A stretch of 64,000 bases of DNA, taken from contig JBBTCT010000016.1 of NCBI GenBank assembly GCA_038060895.1, positions 4,020-68,019 on the forward strand, read 5' to 3'. Both the position numbers and the translations under genes were made by a program. The DNA is from Planctomycetota bacterium (GTDB lineage: Bacteria > Planctomycetota > MHYJ01 > WSZJ01). The notes below the pieces were generated by a model. The model had not been told where the DNA came from and searched no databases. It saw nothing but the letters and a program-made list of their open reading frames with translations. Shown here one piece after another: positions 47,638-56,054 of the stretch; the first letter of the stretch is position 1; each line of letters opens with the position of its first letter.

Positions 47638-49473
47638 ATGAACCCCTGGGAATCACTCGTCCGCGAACACCTGCCGGTCGTCACCGGCGTAGCGCTTCGC
47701 GTCCTTGGCGACCGCGCCGCAGCCGAGGACGTCGCGCAGGATGTGTTCCTGCACCTCCTGCAGAACCCGCACGCACTCGATCACGCGGAAAACGTGCGTT
47801 CTTTCCTGTGCCGGTCCGCGATCAACCGTTCCCTGGACCGCATCCGGGAAAAGGACCGCCGCGAGCGGCGCGAAGCAGCGGTCGAGCACTCCCCGCGCGA
47901 CCTCAACCCGCTTGACGCTGCCTGGCACGAGGAAGTCCGCCGCAGCGTCCAAGCGCTTCCCGAGCCCGAACGCGACGCCGTCGCCGCGCGGTATTTCCGC
48001 GGGTTGACCGTGCGCGAAGCCGCAAAGGAGATGCGGGTCTCCGTTGGCACGGTCTGCAACCGGCTTGAAGCGGGCGTGAAACGGCTTCGGAAGTGGCTCG
48101 GCGCCGCCGCATTCGGGTTGATCTTCGCAGTTCTGGACGACGACGCTTTCGCCGTCGAAGCGGTCGCTGAGGCCTCGCGGCTGGTGCGCCGGGGCACGCA
48201 GCCGGGAGTCGGGAGTCCGGATACGGGAGTAAAGGCACGGAAGCGAAAGGTCGCAAGGACGGCGACCGGGCTCGCAGGTGTCGCCGCCTTGCTGCTGATT
48301 TCGATCTGGATAGGCCAGCCGGGTCAGATCGCAGGAGAGAAGCGACGCCCGCCCGAGATCGCCGTTACGCATCTCGATGGACGCGATCGTTCTGCGTCAC
48401 CCGAGGCTCCATCCGTTGTTTCTCCGGGCGGCGCTGCGGCCAGGTCCGTCCGCGAGTCCGCGCGTCCCCGCGGCGAACTCTTCCGCGCCGAAGGTTTCCT
48501 CGTCCGAGACGGCGACGGCTTCGCCTTGATCGAGCCCGCCGTCCGCGAGCCGCGCCGCGTGGCCGGCGGCACAAATTGCTTCGATTCGTACTGTTCTCCT
48601 ATCGTCCATCACGGCGCGCGCGGCAACCTCAGCGACTCGTTCATCTCGGACAGCGTGGCAGCGGTCCGGGCCCCCTTCCTCCTCGAGCGCGGGCCGCTTC
48701 TCGACACGATTCCGGCCGGGACCCTCGCGTCCTTCGCGTCCTGGCTTGAAGGGGTTTCCGACCTCTCCGGCCTCCCGCGCGCCCGGCTCGTCCTGCGCGC
48801 CGCCTGGGTCGACAAGGCCGCCGGGCTGGCCGAGGCCGTCGAGATCGAGGAGGCGGAACTGCTGACGGATGACTGGCTCACGGTCTGGCGCGAAGCCCTG
48901 CAGGCCAACGCATCCCTGGCTCGCGCGTTCGAAAAGCCGCCGGGCGCGCTTCGGCGCGCGGAGGCACTTTTCGCGGCCGATCAGCTCGAAACGGCGCTGG
49001 AGAAGGCCCGGGACGCGCGCCGCCACGAGTCGGCCGTCGCCTGGCGCATGCGCCGTGAAAGCGAAATCGAGATCGCGTCCGCCGCGGCGGTGGCGTGTCT
49101 TGGCCGCAACGAGGAACTCCCCGAAGGTCCGGCCGAGCCGCCCGATCCGGAATCCTTTGCCGCCTCGCGCGCCGTCGGGCTCGAGCTGGAACCGGTTCCC
49201 GCGATTCAGCAGGGAGCACTGGCGCTTCGCGGCGGCTCCCGTGTCCTTTCCGTCGCCCCCGGCTCCGCCGCGGACCGGGCCGGGTTGCGGGCCGGAGACG
49301 TGATCTGGCGCATGACGCCCCTTGCCGGGGAGGGACGCTCGGCGCCGCGCATGGTCCTGCGGTCCGAAGACGTGTCCGCATTCGTTGCGGATGTCGCTGA
49401 ATCTGGCGGAAGCGGGCTCGAATTCGAGGTTGTGCGGGGGATGGATGTGATGGCGTTCGCGCTTTCGCTGTAA
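47638..49473 (+). CDS. ECF sigma factor fused to TM helix, unknown domain and PDZ (paralogue 1)
   Basis: AAEDVAQDVF, LPEPERDAV..RYFRGLT, SVGTVCNRL; TM GLAGVAALLLISIWIG; PDZ VAPGSAADRAGLRAGDVI. Confidence 0.88.
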   Translation: MNPWESLVREHLPVVTGVALRVLGDRAAAEDVAQDVFLHLLQNPHALDHAENVRSFLCRSAINRSLDRIREKDRRERREAAVEHSPRDLNPLDAAWHEEVRRSVQALPEPERDAVAARYFRGLTVREAAKEMRVSVGTVCNRLEAGVKRLRKWLGAAAFGLIFAVLDDDAFAVEAVAEASRLVRRGTQPGVGSPDTGVKARKRKVARTATGLAGVAALLLISIWIGQPGQIAGEKRRPPEIAVTHLDGRDRSASPEAPSVVSPGGAAARSVRESARPRGELFRAEGFLVRDGDGFALIEPAVREPRRVAGGTNCFDSYCSPIVHHGARGNLSDSFISDSVAAVRAPFLLERGPLLDTIPAGTLASFASWLEGVSDLSGLPRARLVLRAAWVDKAAGLAEAVEIEEAELLTDDWLTVWREALQANASLARAFEKPPGALRRAEALFAADQLETALEKARDARRHESAVAWRMRRESEIEIASAAAVACLGRNEELPEGPAEPPDPESFAASRAVGLELEPVPAIQQGALALRGGSRVLSVAPGSAADRAGLRAGDVIWRMTPLAGEGRSAPRMVLRSEDVSAFVADVAESGGSGLEFEVVRGMDVMAFALSL

Positions 49474-49503
49474 CCGGAGGATTTCGCCGAGTAATCCCGC
49501 TTC

Positions 49504-49512
49504 CGGCGTCGT
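49504..49512 (+). promoter_or_regulatory. CGGCGTCGT ECF -10-like box, copy 2
   Basis: 33 nt upstream of ATG 49546. Confidence 0.6.
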
Positions 49513-49545
49513 CTCCATAGGCAGTAGCATCCCGGAGACACCTCC

Positions 49546-51648
49546 ATGCCCGCCTACACCGACCTTGTCCGCGACCACCACGCGCTCGTCTACCGCGTGG
49601 CGCTCGGCGTGCTGCGCGACAGCGCCGCCGCCGAGGACGTCGCGCAGGACGTCTTCCTCTCGTTTTTCGTCGACCCGGGAGCTCTCGACCGCGCGCAGAA
49701 CGTCCGCGCCTTCGTGTGCCGGGCCGCGCTGAACCGCGCGCTGGACGTGCGGAAGGCGGGGCTGCGGCGGGCCGTGCGAGAGTCGGCGGTCAGCGGGAGG
49801 AAAGAACCCATGAGTGCGATCGATGTCATTTTCCGTCGCGAGCTGCGTGACAAGGTGTCGGAGTTGCCCGAAATCCAGCGGCAGGCCGTCGATCTGCACT
49901 ACTTCCAGGGCCTGACGCTCGCCGAGACGGCCGAAGTCCTGGACATCCCCAGCGGCACCGCGTCCCGCCGGATCAGCGACGCGGTCGCGACGTTGCGGAA
50001 GTGGCTCTCAGCTGCCGCCTTCGTCGGGCTGGTCGCCGTCCTCGAGGGCGAGCTCAGCGCTCTCGAAGCGGCGCCGGTGCCGCACGGGCTGGCCGCGAGG
50101 CTGATCCGGTTGCCCAGGGTGCGCCCCGCCCCGCCGCGGTCGCTCGGCAGCAAGATGCTCCGGGGCGCGGGGGCCCTTTGCGTCGCGGTGTTCCTGGCGT
50201 TCCTGGCCGGGATCACGATGGAAGCGCGCGAGTCGCAGGACCGGCTCCATTGCGTGACAGCGGAGTTCCGGATCGAACCTCCGGCCGATCCGACTTCCGG
50301 CAGCGAGACCGGGCCTGATCATGGCGTCGGCGCGATCGAAATCGCCGCTTCGCCTGTGGCCTGCCCCGCCGAGACCGTCGAAGCGCTGGCAGAATTCGAG
50401 CAGACGATCGAGGGGTTCCTCTTCCGCACGTCTGACGGACTCTTCCTTGCAGGCGAGATCGTTCCTGATGCCGGGGAGCAGATCGTGCTCCGGACCGGGC
50501 TTCACCGGCCCTTCGACGGCCGGATCTGGAAACTCGCCGGCGGTGGCCTCGAGTCCTGGCCCGCTTCCGACACGACAAATTTCACGCCCTTTCTCCAGGA
50601 CGCCGGCGCCGCGGCTTCCGCCCCGCACGCCCGGGTGAGGCTCCGCGCGAGAGTGCCGGCGGCGCCGCAGAGGTGGCAGGTGGCGCTTCAGAAGCAGGTC
50701 CAACCGCAATTCGGTTACCTGGACATCATGGATAACTCTCTTTCTACCGGACCTGACGGAGCGGTCCGGATTGTGCGATTCGAACGCGATTCGGTGGAAG
50801 TGCAGCAGCCGGATCCGAGGGAATCGACGCTGATGTACCGCCTTTCCGATCCCGCGTCCGACTCCGGGAGCGGAGACGTGGCCGAAGCGATCTGGTTGAT
50901 GAACGAAGCGCAGGAACTGTCTGAGCGGTCGGTCGAGCTCGCGACGGTGTCGCGCGTGCTGCTCGAGGAAGTTGTGCAGCGCCGGCGCGAGGAAATGCCC
51001 GCTCCGGAGATCGCGACCGTGCTCGAGGTGCTCGAAGTCGAGCTGCTGTCCGACGCGTGGCTCGAGGCGTGGAGGGACCTGTACGCGACTGCGTCGAGGA
51101 TCCACGCAGGCGCGGAGTCCGTTCCTGACGATTCTGCCAGCGCCGTTCAACTTGGCGAAGCGATCCGCCGCGTCCGGCTCGCCCGCGCCGGCCAGACGCC
51201 GGCGGCGTGGCGCATCCGCATGGAGCACAAGTTCGCCGCCGCGGCCGTGGCGACGCTCGCCGCCCGGGGTTACTCAAACCTGATGCCGGGAATGCCCACG
51301 GTGGCGGAACTTCGTGAAGCCTTCCTTGCGGCCAGCTCACCCGAAGCGCTCAAGGCGATCCTGGAATCCCGCTGGGGGATCGAAAGCCTGTCGCTGACAA
51401 TGAACGTCCTGGCGAGCGGCGCTTCCGGGTGCAAAGGCCTGGAGTTGAAGCTGGGGTCCGGGAGCGATCCGAACGTGCTTGACTACGACATCGAGGTCGC
51501 GCAGGACGGCGGAGCCCTGGCGGACCCGGTCCTGCCCGCAGTGGTATCGATGGCTGACATCGTCGCGCTTCCACGGGACGACTTTCTCGCCCAGCAGGCG
51601 GCGACTCGCAATCTCCGCCTGGGGCAAGCGAACACACCGAACTGGTAA
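49546..51648 (+). CDS. ECF sigma factor fused to TM helix and unknown domain (paralogue 2)
   Basis: AAEDVAQDVF, LPEIQRQAV.LHYFQGLT, PSGTASRRI; TM GAGALCVAVFLAFLAGITM; no PDZ motif seen. Confidence 0.88.
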   Translation: MPAYTDLVRDHHALVYRVALGVLRDSAAAEDVAQDVFLSFFVDPGALDRAQNVRAFVCRAALNRALDVRKAGLRRAVRESAVSGRKEPMSAIDVIFRRELRDKVSELPEIQRQAVDLHYFQGLTLAETAEVLDIPSGTASRRISDAVATLRKWLSAAAFVGLVAVLEGELSALEAAPVPHGLAARLIRLPRVRPAPPRSLGSKMLRGAGALCVAVFLAFLAGITMEARESQDRLHCVTAEFRIEPPADPTSGSETGPDHGVGAIEIAASPVACPAETVEALAEFEQTIEGFLFRTSDGLFLAGEIVPDAGEQIVLRTGLHRPFDGRIWKLAGGGLESWPASDTTNFTPFLQDAGAAASAPHARVRLRARVPAAPQRWQVALQKQVQPQFGYLDIMDNSLSTGPDGAVRIVRFERDSVEVQQPDPRESTLMYRLSDPASDSGSGDVAEAIWLMNEAQELSERSVELATVSRVLLEEVVQRRREEMPAPEIATVLEVLEVELLSDAWLEAWRDLYATASRIHAGAESVPDDSASAVQLGEAIRRVRLARAGQTPAAWRIRMEHKFAAAAVATLAARGYSNLMPGMPTVAELREAFLAASSPEALKAILESRWGIESLSLTMNVLASGASGCKGLELKLGSGSDPNVLDYDIEVAQDGGALADPVLPAVVSMADIVALPRDDFLAQQAATRNLRLGQANTPNW

Positions 51649-51729
51649 GCAAGTCCGTGTCGCGAATGGGGTTGGAGTTGGCGTTTTCCTCGGCATTTTT
51701 GATTCCTCCCGACCAGCCTGCACTCCCAC

Positions 51730-51738
51730 CGGCGTCGT
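51730..51738 (+). promoter_or_regulatory. CGGCGTCGT ECF -10-like box, copy 3
   Basis: 29 nt upstream of ATG 51768. Confidence 0.6.
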
Positions 51739-51767
51739 ATGATCGGACCCTGAACAAGGAACCGATC

Positions 51768-53425
51768 ATGCCTACCTACGAATCCCTCGTCCGCGACTAC
51801 CACTCCCTCGCGTTCCGCGTTGCGCGCTCCATCGTGCGCGACGACTCTTCAGCCGAGGACGCCGTGCAGGACGTGTACCTCCGGTTTCTCCGTGACCCCT
51901 CCGCCCTGGATCGCGTTTCGAACCTGAAAGCGTTCGTTGCGCGGGCGGCTGTGAATGCGGCGCTGGACCAGAAGCGCAGCGCGGGGCGGCGGGAGAAACA
52001 CGAAAACGAGGCGATGAGGAGGGAGTCTGCGATGAGCGACAGAGCGAACCGGTCGAATCCTGTGGCGCCAACGCATCGAATGTGTCGAAGAAGGCTCCCG
52101 CGACCGAGGCCGCAGCACTGGACCTGAAACCCTCGAACGACAGTCCCGTCGTCGCGGCTGCTGCCGGCGAAACGATCCTCGAGGGCTTCCTCTTTCGCCG
52201 CGGCGACGGCGTCTACGTGAGCGACGTCGGCGCGTGGGATCACCGGCCGAAGCAGACGATCTGGAATCCGGACGCCGTTGAAGAGGAGCGGTGGCGCGAG
52301 TCGCTGACGTTGCGCCCGATCGAAGGACTTCCGGCGGTCGAGCCGTGCGGGTTCGGGGATTTCATCGACCGGGACGGCACGCCCGGGACGGCGCCGCGGG
52401 CTCGCGTGAAACTGAAAGTGCTCGGCGGCCAGCGCCCGCCGCCGGCGAAGAAAACGGAAAACGAGGGCGGACTCCCGGGTTGGCGCGAGGCGCGCTCGTT
52501 CCCGCCTCAGAACGCCGAACTCGTCGCCGTGCTCGAACGCGAAATCCTCTCTCCCGCGTGGCTCACTTCGTGGCGCGACATGATGCGAGCGGCGGACGAA
52601 CTCTGGGCCGCGTGGTCGCTTGAGCCCGGCATGGACAAGCGCACGAAAGTTCTCGAGGCCGCGACGAAGTTCGCCCAGGCATGGGAAGTCGCCCGCGCTT
52701 CCCGCAAGGGCGAATCTCTCTCGAACTGGCGTGTCGGCCGCGAGTCGGAGTTCGCCTCCAACGTCGCCAACCGGCTCCGCACCGTCGGCCTCGACCGCAT
52801 CCTTCCTGCCTGGCCGACGAGCGAGGAACTTCACGCCGTCCTCATGGACGCCGCTTCCCCCGCCGCCCTCCGGGACACCGTCGTCGCACGCTGGGGCGAG
52901 GAAGCGGTGCTCCTGGAGACGTACGGCTACCGCTCGACCGGGCCCGGCTCATGGTCGTACCGGCAGATCGGGATCGAAGAGGTGGCTGCGATGGAGCCGG
53001 CGGCGTTCGAGAGTTTCAAGAAGGAGCTCGAAGGGATCGAGAACAACCGGCCCCAGGCGCCGGACGCGGCGGCCATTGGGGAGAGCTCTCGCAAGGCCCG
53101 CGAGCGCATCGCCGTCACCGGCCTCTCGGTCGCGCCGCTGACATCGATCGACCGCGAACGCTTCATCGTGGACTGCGGCCTCTGCGTGGTGAGCGTGGTG
53201 CAGGGGAGTCCTGCGGAGCGGGCGGGGCTCAAGACAGGGGACCTGCTGTGGAAGGCCGTGATGGACCTGCAGCAGAAACAGGACAAGGTTCGCGGCGAAG
53301 TGCCGGTCCATGACGAGCGCGGGCTCGCCAGCTACCTGGACGCGGCCGCCGAAACAGGGGACGGATCGCTGGAGATGAAGGTGGTCCGCGAAACGGGCGT
53401 TGAAACCGTGAAGCTCGCGAAGTAG
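51768..53425 (+). pseudogene. Third ECF-fusion paralogue split by an out-of-frame internal deletion (sigma2 at 51768-52127; unknown domain + PDZ at 52082-53425)
   Basis: MPTYESLVRDYH...SAEDAVQDVY sigma2 is intact; sigma4 and TM are absent; the downstream frame carries LEGFLFRRGDG and PDZ VQGSPAERAGLKTGD. Confidence 0.75.
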
Positions 53426-53574
53426 CCGGGCTTCACGGCCGGGGCGGTTTGCGATCCGGTTCCGGATCGGCGCAGGATCCGCTCATTCAGGTGGGGACGC
53501 CGGCTTTCGGCAGGATCCACTTCATCAGCACGAACCACGCGACGGCGATGCCGACATAGAGAAGCCATTCCACG

Positions 53575-54006
53575 TTATGCCTCCTTTGCAGTCAGCGTTG
53601 ACGCGGTGCGCGGCTCGGTGAGCACTCCGAAGAGCCACGTGCCGGTAAGAATTCCTGCTACGGTGAACACGGCGTAGAGTTTTCCTTCGCCGATCTGGGC
53701 GAGCGCCGTGCCGGGGCACGCGCCGGAGAGCGCCCATCCTGCGCCGAAGACGAGGCCGGCGAGGAAGAGGCCCTTCTTCATCGGCTTGGGTTTCAGGTCG
53801 ATCGGCTCGCCGTTGATCGCGCGGGCGCCGCTTCGCTTGAGCAGGAACATCCCGAGTGCGCCGACGCCGATCGCGACGCCGATGACGCCCATGAGGTGGA
53901 GATCCTGGAGGCGGAACATGCCGGCGATCGCGTCGTAGTCGGTGGCGCGGGCGCGGGAGAGGATGAATCCGAAGAGGGCTCCGAACAGCAGGTAAGCGAA
54001 GCGCAT
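53575..54006 (-). CDS. YeeE/YedE family sulfur transport membrane protein
   Basis: GALFGFIL, FGAGWALSGACPG. Confidence 0.9.
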   Translation of the reverse strand: MRFAYLLFGALFGFILSRARATDYDAIAGMFRLQDLHLMGVIGVAIGVGALGMFLLKRSGARAINGEPIDLKPKPMKKGLFLAGLVFGAGWALSGACPGTALAQIGEGKLYAVFTVAGILTGTWLFGVLTEPRTASTLTAKEA

Positions 54007-54007
54007 G

Positions 54008-54502
54008 TCAGGCGACTCCGAAGGCGCGGAAGAGGAGCTGGGTGACGCCGAAGCCGGCGGCCATGAAACCGACGGTGGCGATCAACGAGGCCTTTGAGCC
54101 GAGAGCGATGCCGACGATGGAGTGGCCGCTCGTACAGCCGCCGGCCCAGCGGGCGCCGAGGCCGACGAGGGCGCCGCCGGAGAAGGCGGCGATTCCGGTG
54201 AGGACGGGGCTGCCGCCGAAGGCGTGGAGGGAAGTCGCGAGGTGCGGGCCGCCGGCGAGAAGGGCTGCGGCGAGACCGCCGAGGGGGAGCCCGGCGAGGA
54301 ACCACGGGCGCCACGTCTCGCAGAACGGTTTCTGCTTCCAGGCGGACATGCGGGAGAAGAAGCCGCATGTGGAACCGTAGCCGCTGGAGATCCCCAGCGG
54401 CTTGCCGGTCGTCCAGGCGAGGAGGATCACGAACAGCCCGATTCCCCCGCCCGCGGCCCACCAGGGCCAGGGTTGGACGAAGACGTGGTCGAAAAAGCTC
54501 AT
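54008..54502 (-). CDS. YeeE/YedE family sulfur transport membrane protein
   Basis: WPWWAAG, LGISSG, GARWAGGCTSGH; ATGA overlap with the upstream gene. Confidence 0.9.
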   Translation of the reverse strand: MSFFDHVFVQPWPWWAAGGGIGLFVILLAWTTGKPLGISSGYGSTCGFFSRMSAWKQKPFCETWRPWFLAGLPLGGLAAALLAGGPHLATSLHAFGGSPVLTGIAAFSGGALVGLGARWAGGCTSGHSIVGIALGSKASLIATVGFMAAGFGVTQLLFRAFGVA

Positions 54503-55896
54503 CTGGAAATCTCCTGCGGTTTCATCGCCTGCCACGCCACCCATCCGCCGGCCACGTCGATGGTGGAGCGTAGTCCGATCCTCGCCAGCAGGCTTGCAGC
54601 CAGGGAGGACCGATAGCCCGTACGGCAAATCAGCGCGAGCGTCCGGCCGTGCGGAAGCTTCGAAGCTTCCTTCGTGAGCCGGTTCAGCGGCACGTTGACG
54701 CTTCCTTCGATGTGCCCTGCCGCGAATTCGCGCGGCGTCCGGACATCGACCACGAGCGGCGCATCCGGTTCCGTGAGCATTGCGACGATGTCCCACGGTC
54801 CGGCGCGGTGCGACGCCTCGACCAGCTCCGGACGGGATTTCCAGGCGCCGGGGCCGTCCTGCAGGAACCCGGCCACGTTGTCGTACCCGATCCGGCCAAG
54901 CCTCATGGCCGACTCCTCTTCCATTCCGGGCTCGCTCACGATGGCGATCCGCCCGGCGCGGTCGAGGACAGTGCCGGCCCAGGTCGCGTACTGGCCGCCC
55001 AGCCCGATGTTGAGAGAACCGGCGAGATGCCCCGCCGCGAATGCGTCGGCGTCGCGCGTGTCCACGATCGTCACGCCGTCGTTTGCGAGGCGGAGAAGGG
55101 CCTCGAGGGGGAGGGGCTGAAGCGCCGCGGCCAGCGTCTCGTCCATCGTGGCGTGCTCCGCCTGGTTCATGAGGCGGTCGTGGATGAAGTAACCAGGCGC
55201 TTCGGGCTGCTCGGCCAGGACGGAGCGGATGAAATCCTCGCGAGACATCGGGCGGAGAGCCGGATTCTTCGCACGCTCGGCGCCGATCGTCGAGGAGTTT
55301 TCGGGGCCGAGGTTCTTGCCGCAAAGGGAACCCGCGCCGTGGGCGGGGTAGACGAGCGTCTCGTCCGGCAGGGCCAGGAGTTTCTTGTGGAGCGAGTCAT
55401 ACAGCATCGAGCCGAGATCCTCGGCCTTGAGGCCGACGGCGCCCAGCAGGTCCGGGCGGCCGACGTCGCCGACGAAGAGTGCGTCGCCCGTGAGGACGGC
55501 GTGGGGGGCGCGTTCGGACTTTGCGAGGTCGTAAACGACGATCGAGATCGACTCGGGGGTGTGGCCGGGAGTGGCCAGGATGCGCAGGCGCACGTCGCCG
55601 AATTCGAGGGTATCGCCGTCGTGGAGCTCCGTGTGCTGGAATCCAGGTTTGGCGCCTGCGCCGAGATAGATGCGGGCGCCGACGCGTTCCCGCAGTTCGA
55701 GGTGCCCTGCGACGAAATCCGCGTGAAGGTGTGTGAGGAACACGTGGTAGAGGTCGAGTCCCAGCGCCTGCGCATCGTCGATGTACTTCTGCACGTCGCG
55801 CTGCGGGTCCACGACAATGGCGGTGCGGGTGCGCGTGTCGGCGATCAGATAGGAGGCGTGAGAGAGACAGCCGAGGTAGTACTGTTTGAAGATCAT
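54499..55896 (-). CDS. MBL-fold hydrolase (persulfide dioxygenase-like) fused to two rhodanese domains
   Basis: CLSHASY, THLHADFVAG, TPGHT, TGD.LFVGDVGRPDL, PAHGAGSLCG, CRTGYRS. Confidence 0.93.
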   Translation of the reverse strand: MIFKQYYLGCLSHASYLIADTRTRTAIVVDPQRDVQKYIDDAQALGLDLYHVFLTHLHADFVAGHLELRERVGARIYLGAGAKPGFQHTELHDGDTLEFGDVRLRILATPGHTPESISIVVYDLAKSERAPHAVLTGDALFVGDVGRPDLLGAVGLKAEDLGSMLYDSLHKKLLALPDETLVYPAHGAGSLCGKNLGPENSSTIGAERAKNPALRPMSREDFIRSVLAEQPEAPGYFIHDRLMNQAEHATMDETLAAALQPLPLEALLRLANDGVTIVDTRDADAFAAGHLAGSLNIGLGGQYATWAGTVLDRAGRIAIVSEPGMEEESAMRLGRIGYDNVAGFLQDGPGAWKSRPELVEASHRAGPWDIVAMLTEPDAPLVVDVRTPREFAAGHIEGSVNVPLNRLTKEASKLPHGRTLALICRTGYRSSLAASLLARIGLRSTIDVAGGWVAWQAMKPQEISR

Positions 55897-55934
55897 GGCG
55901 TTGGCTCCTGTTCGATAGATGAAAGGGAGTCATC

Positions 55935-55949
55935 GCAATCCCCATACCG
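55935..55949 (-). promoter_or_regulatory. Sigma54 -24/-12 promoter
   Basis: Minus strand CGGTATG-GGGA-TTGC = GG-N10-GC, upstream of the MBL-rhodanese gene. Confidence 0.7.
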
Positions 55950-56020
55950 CATAGAGAGTAGTGATTAACTCATTGTTGCTAAACGCTTTAAGAAGAAAGT
56001 GTGCTGCTCAAGTGCGCGTT

Positions 56021-56039
56021 GTTAACTTATTAAGTTAAC
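56021..56039. promoter_or_regulatory. Palindromic upstream activator site for a sigma54 enhancer-binding protein
   Basis: Perfect GTTAACTTA-T-TAAGTTAAC, about 70-90 nt upstream of the -24 box, with an IHF-like site (55966-55978) in between. Confidence 0.6.
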
Positions 56040-56054
56040 GCAATTATGTTTACG

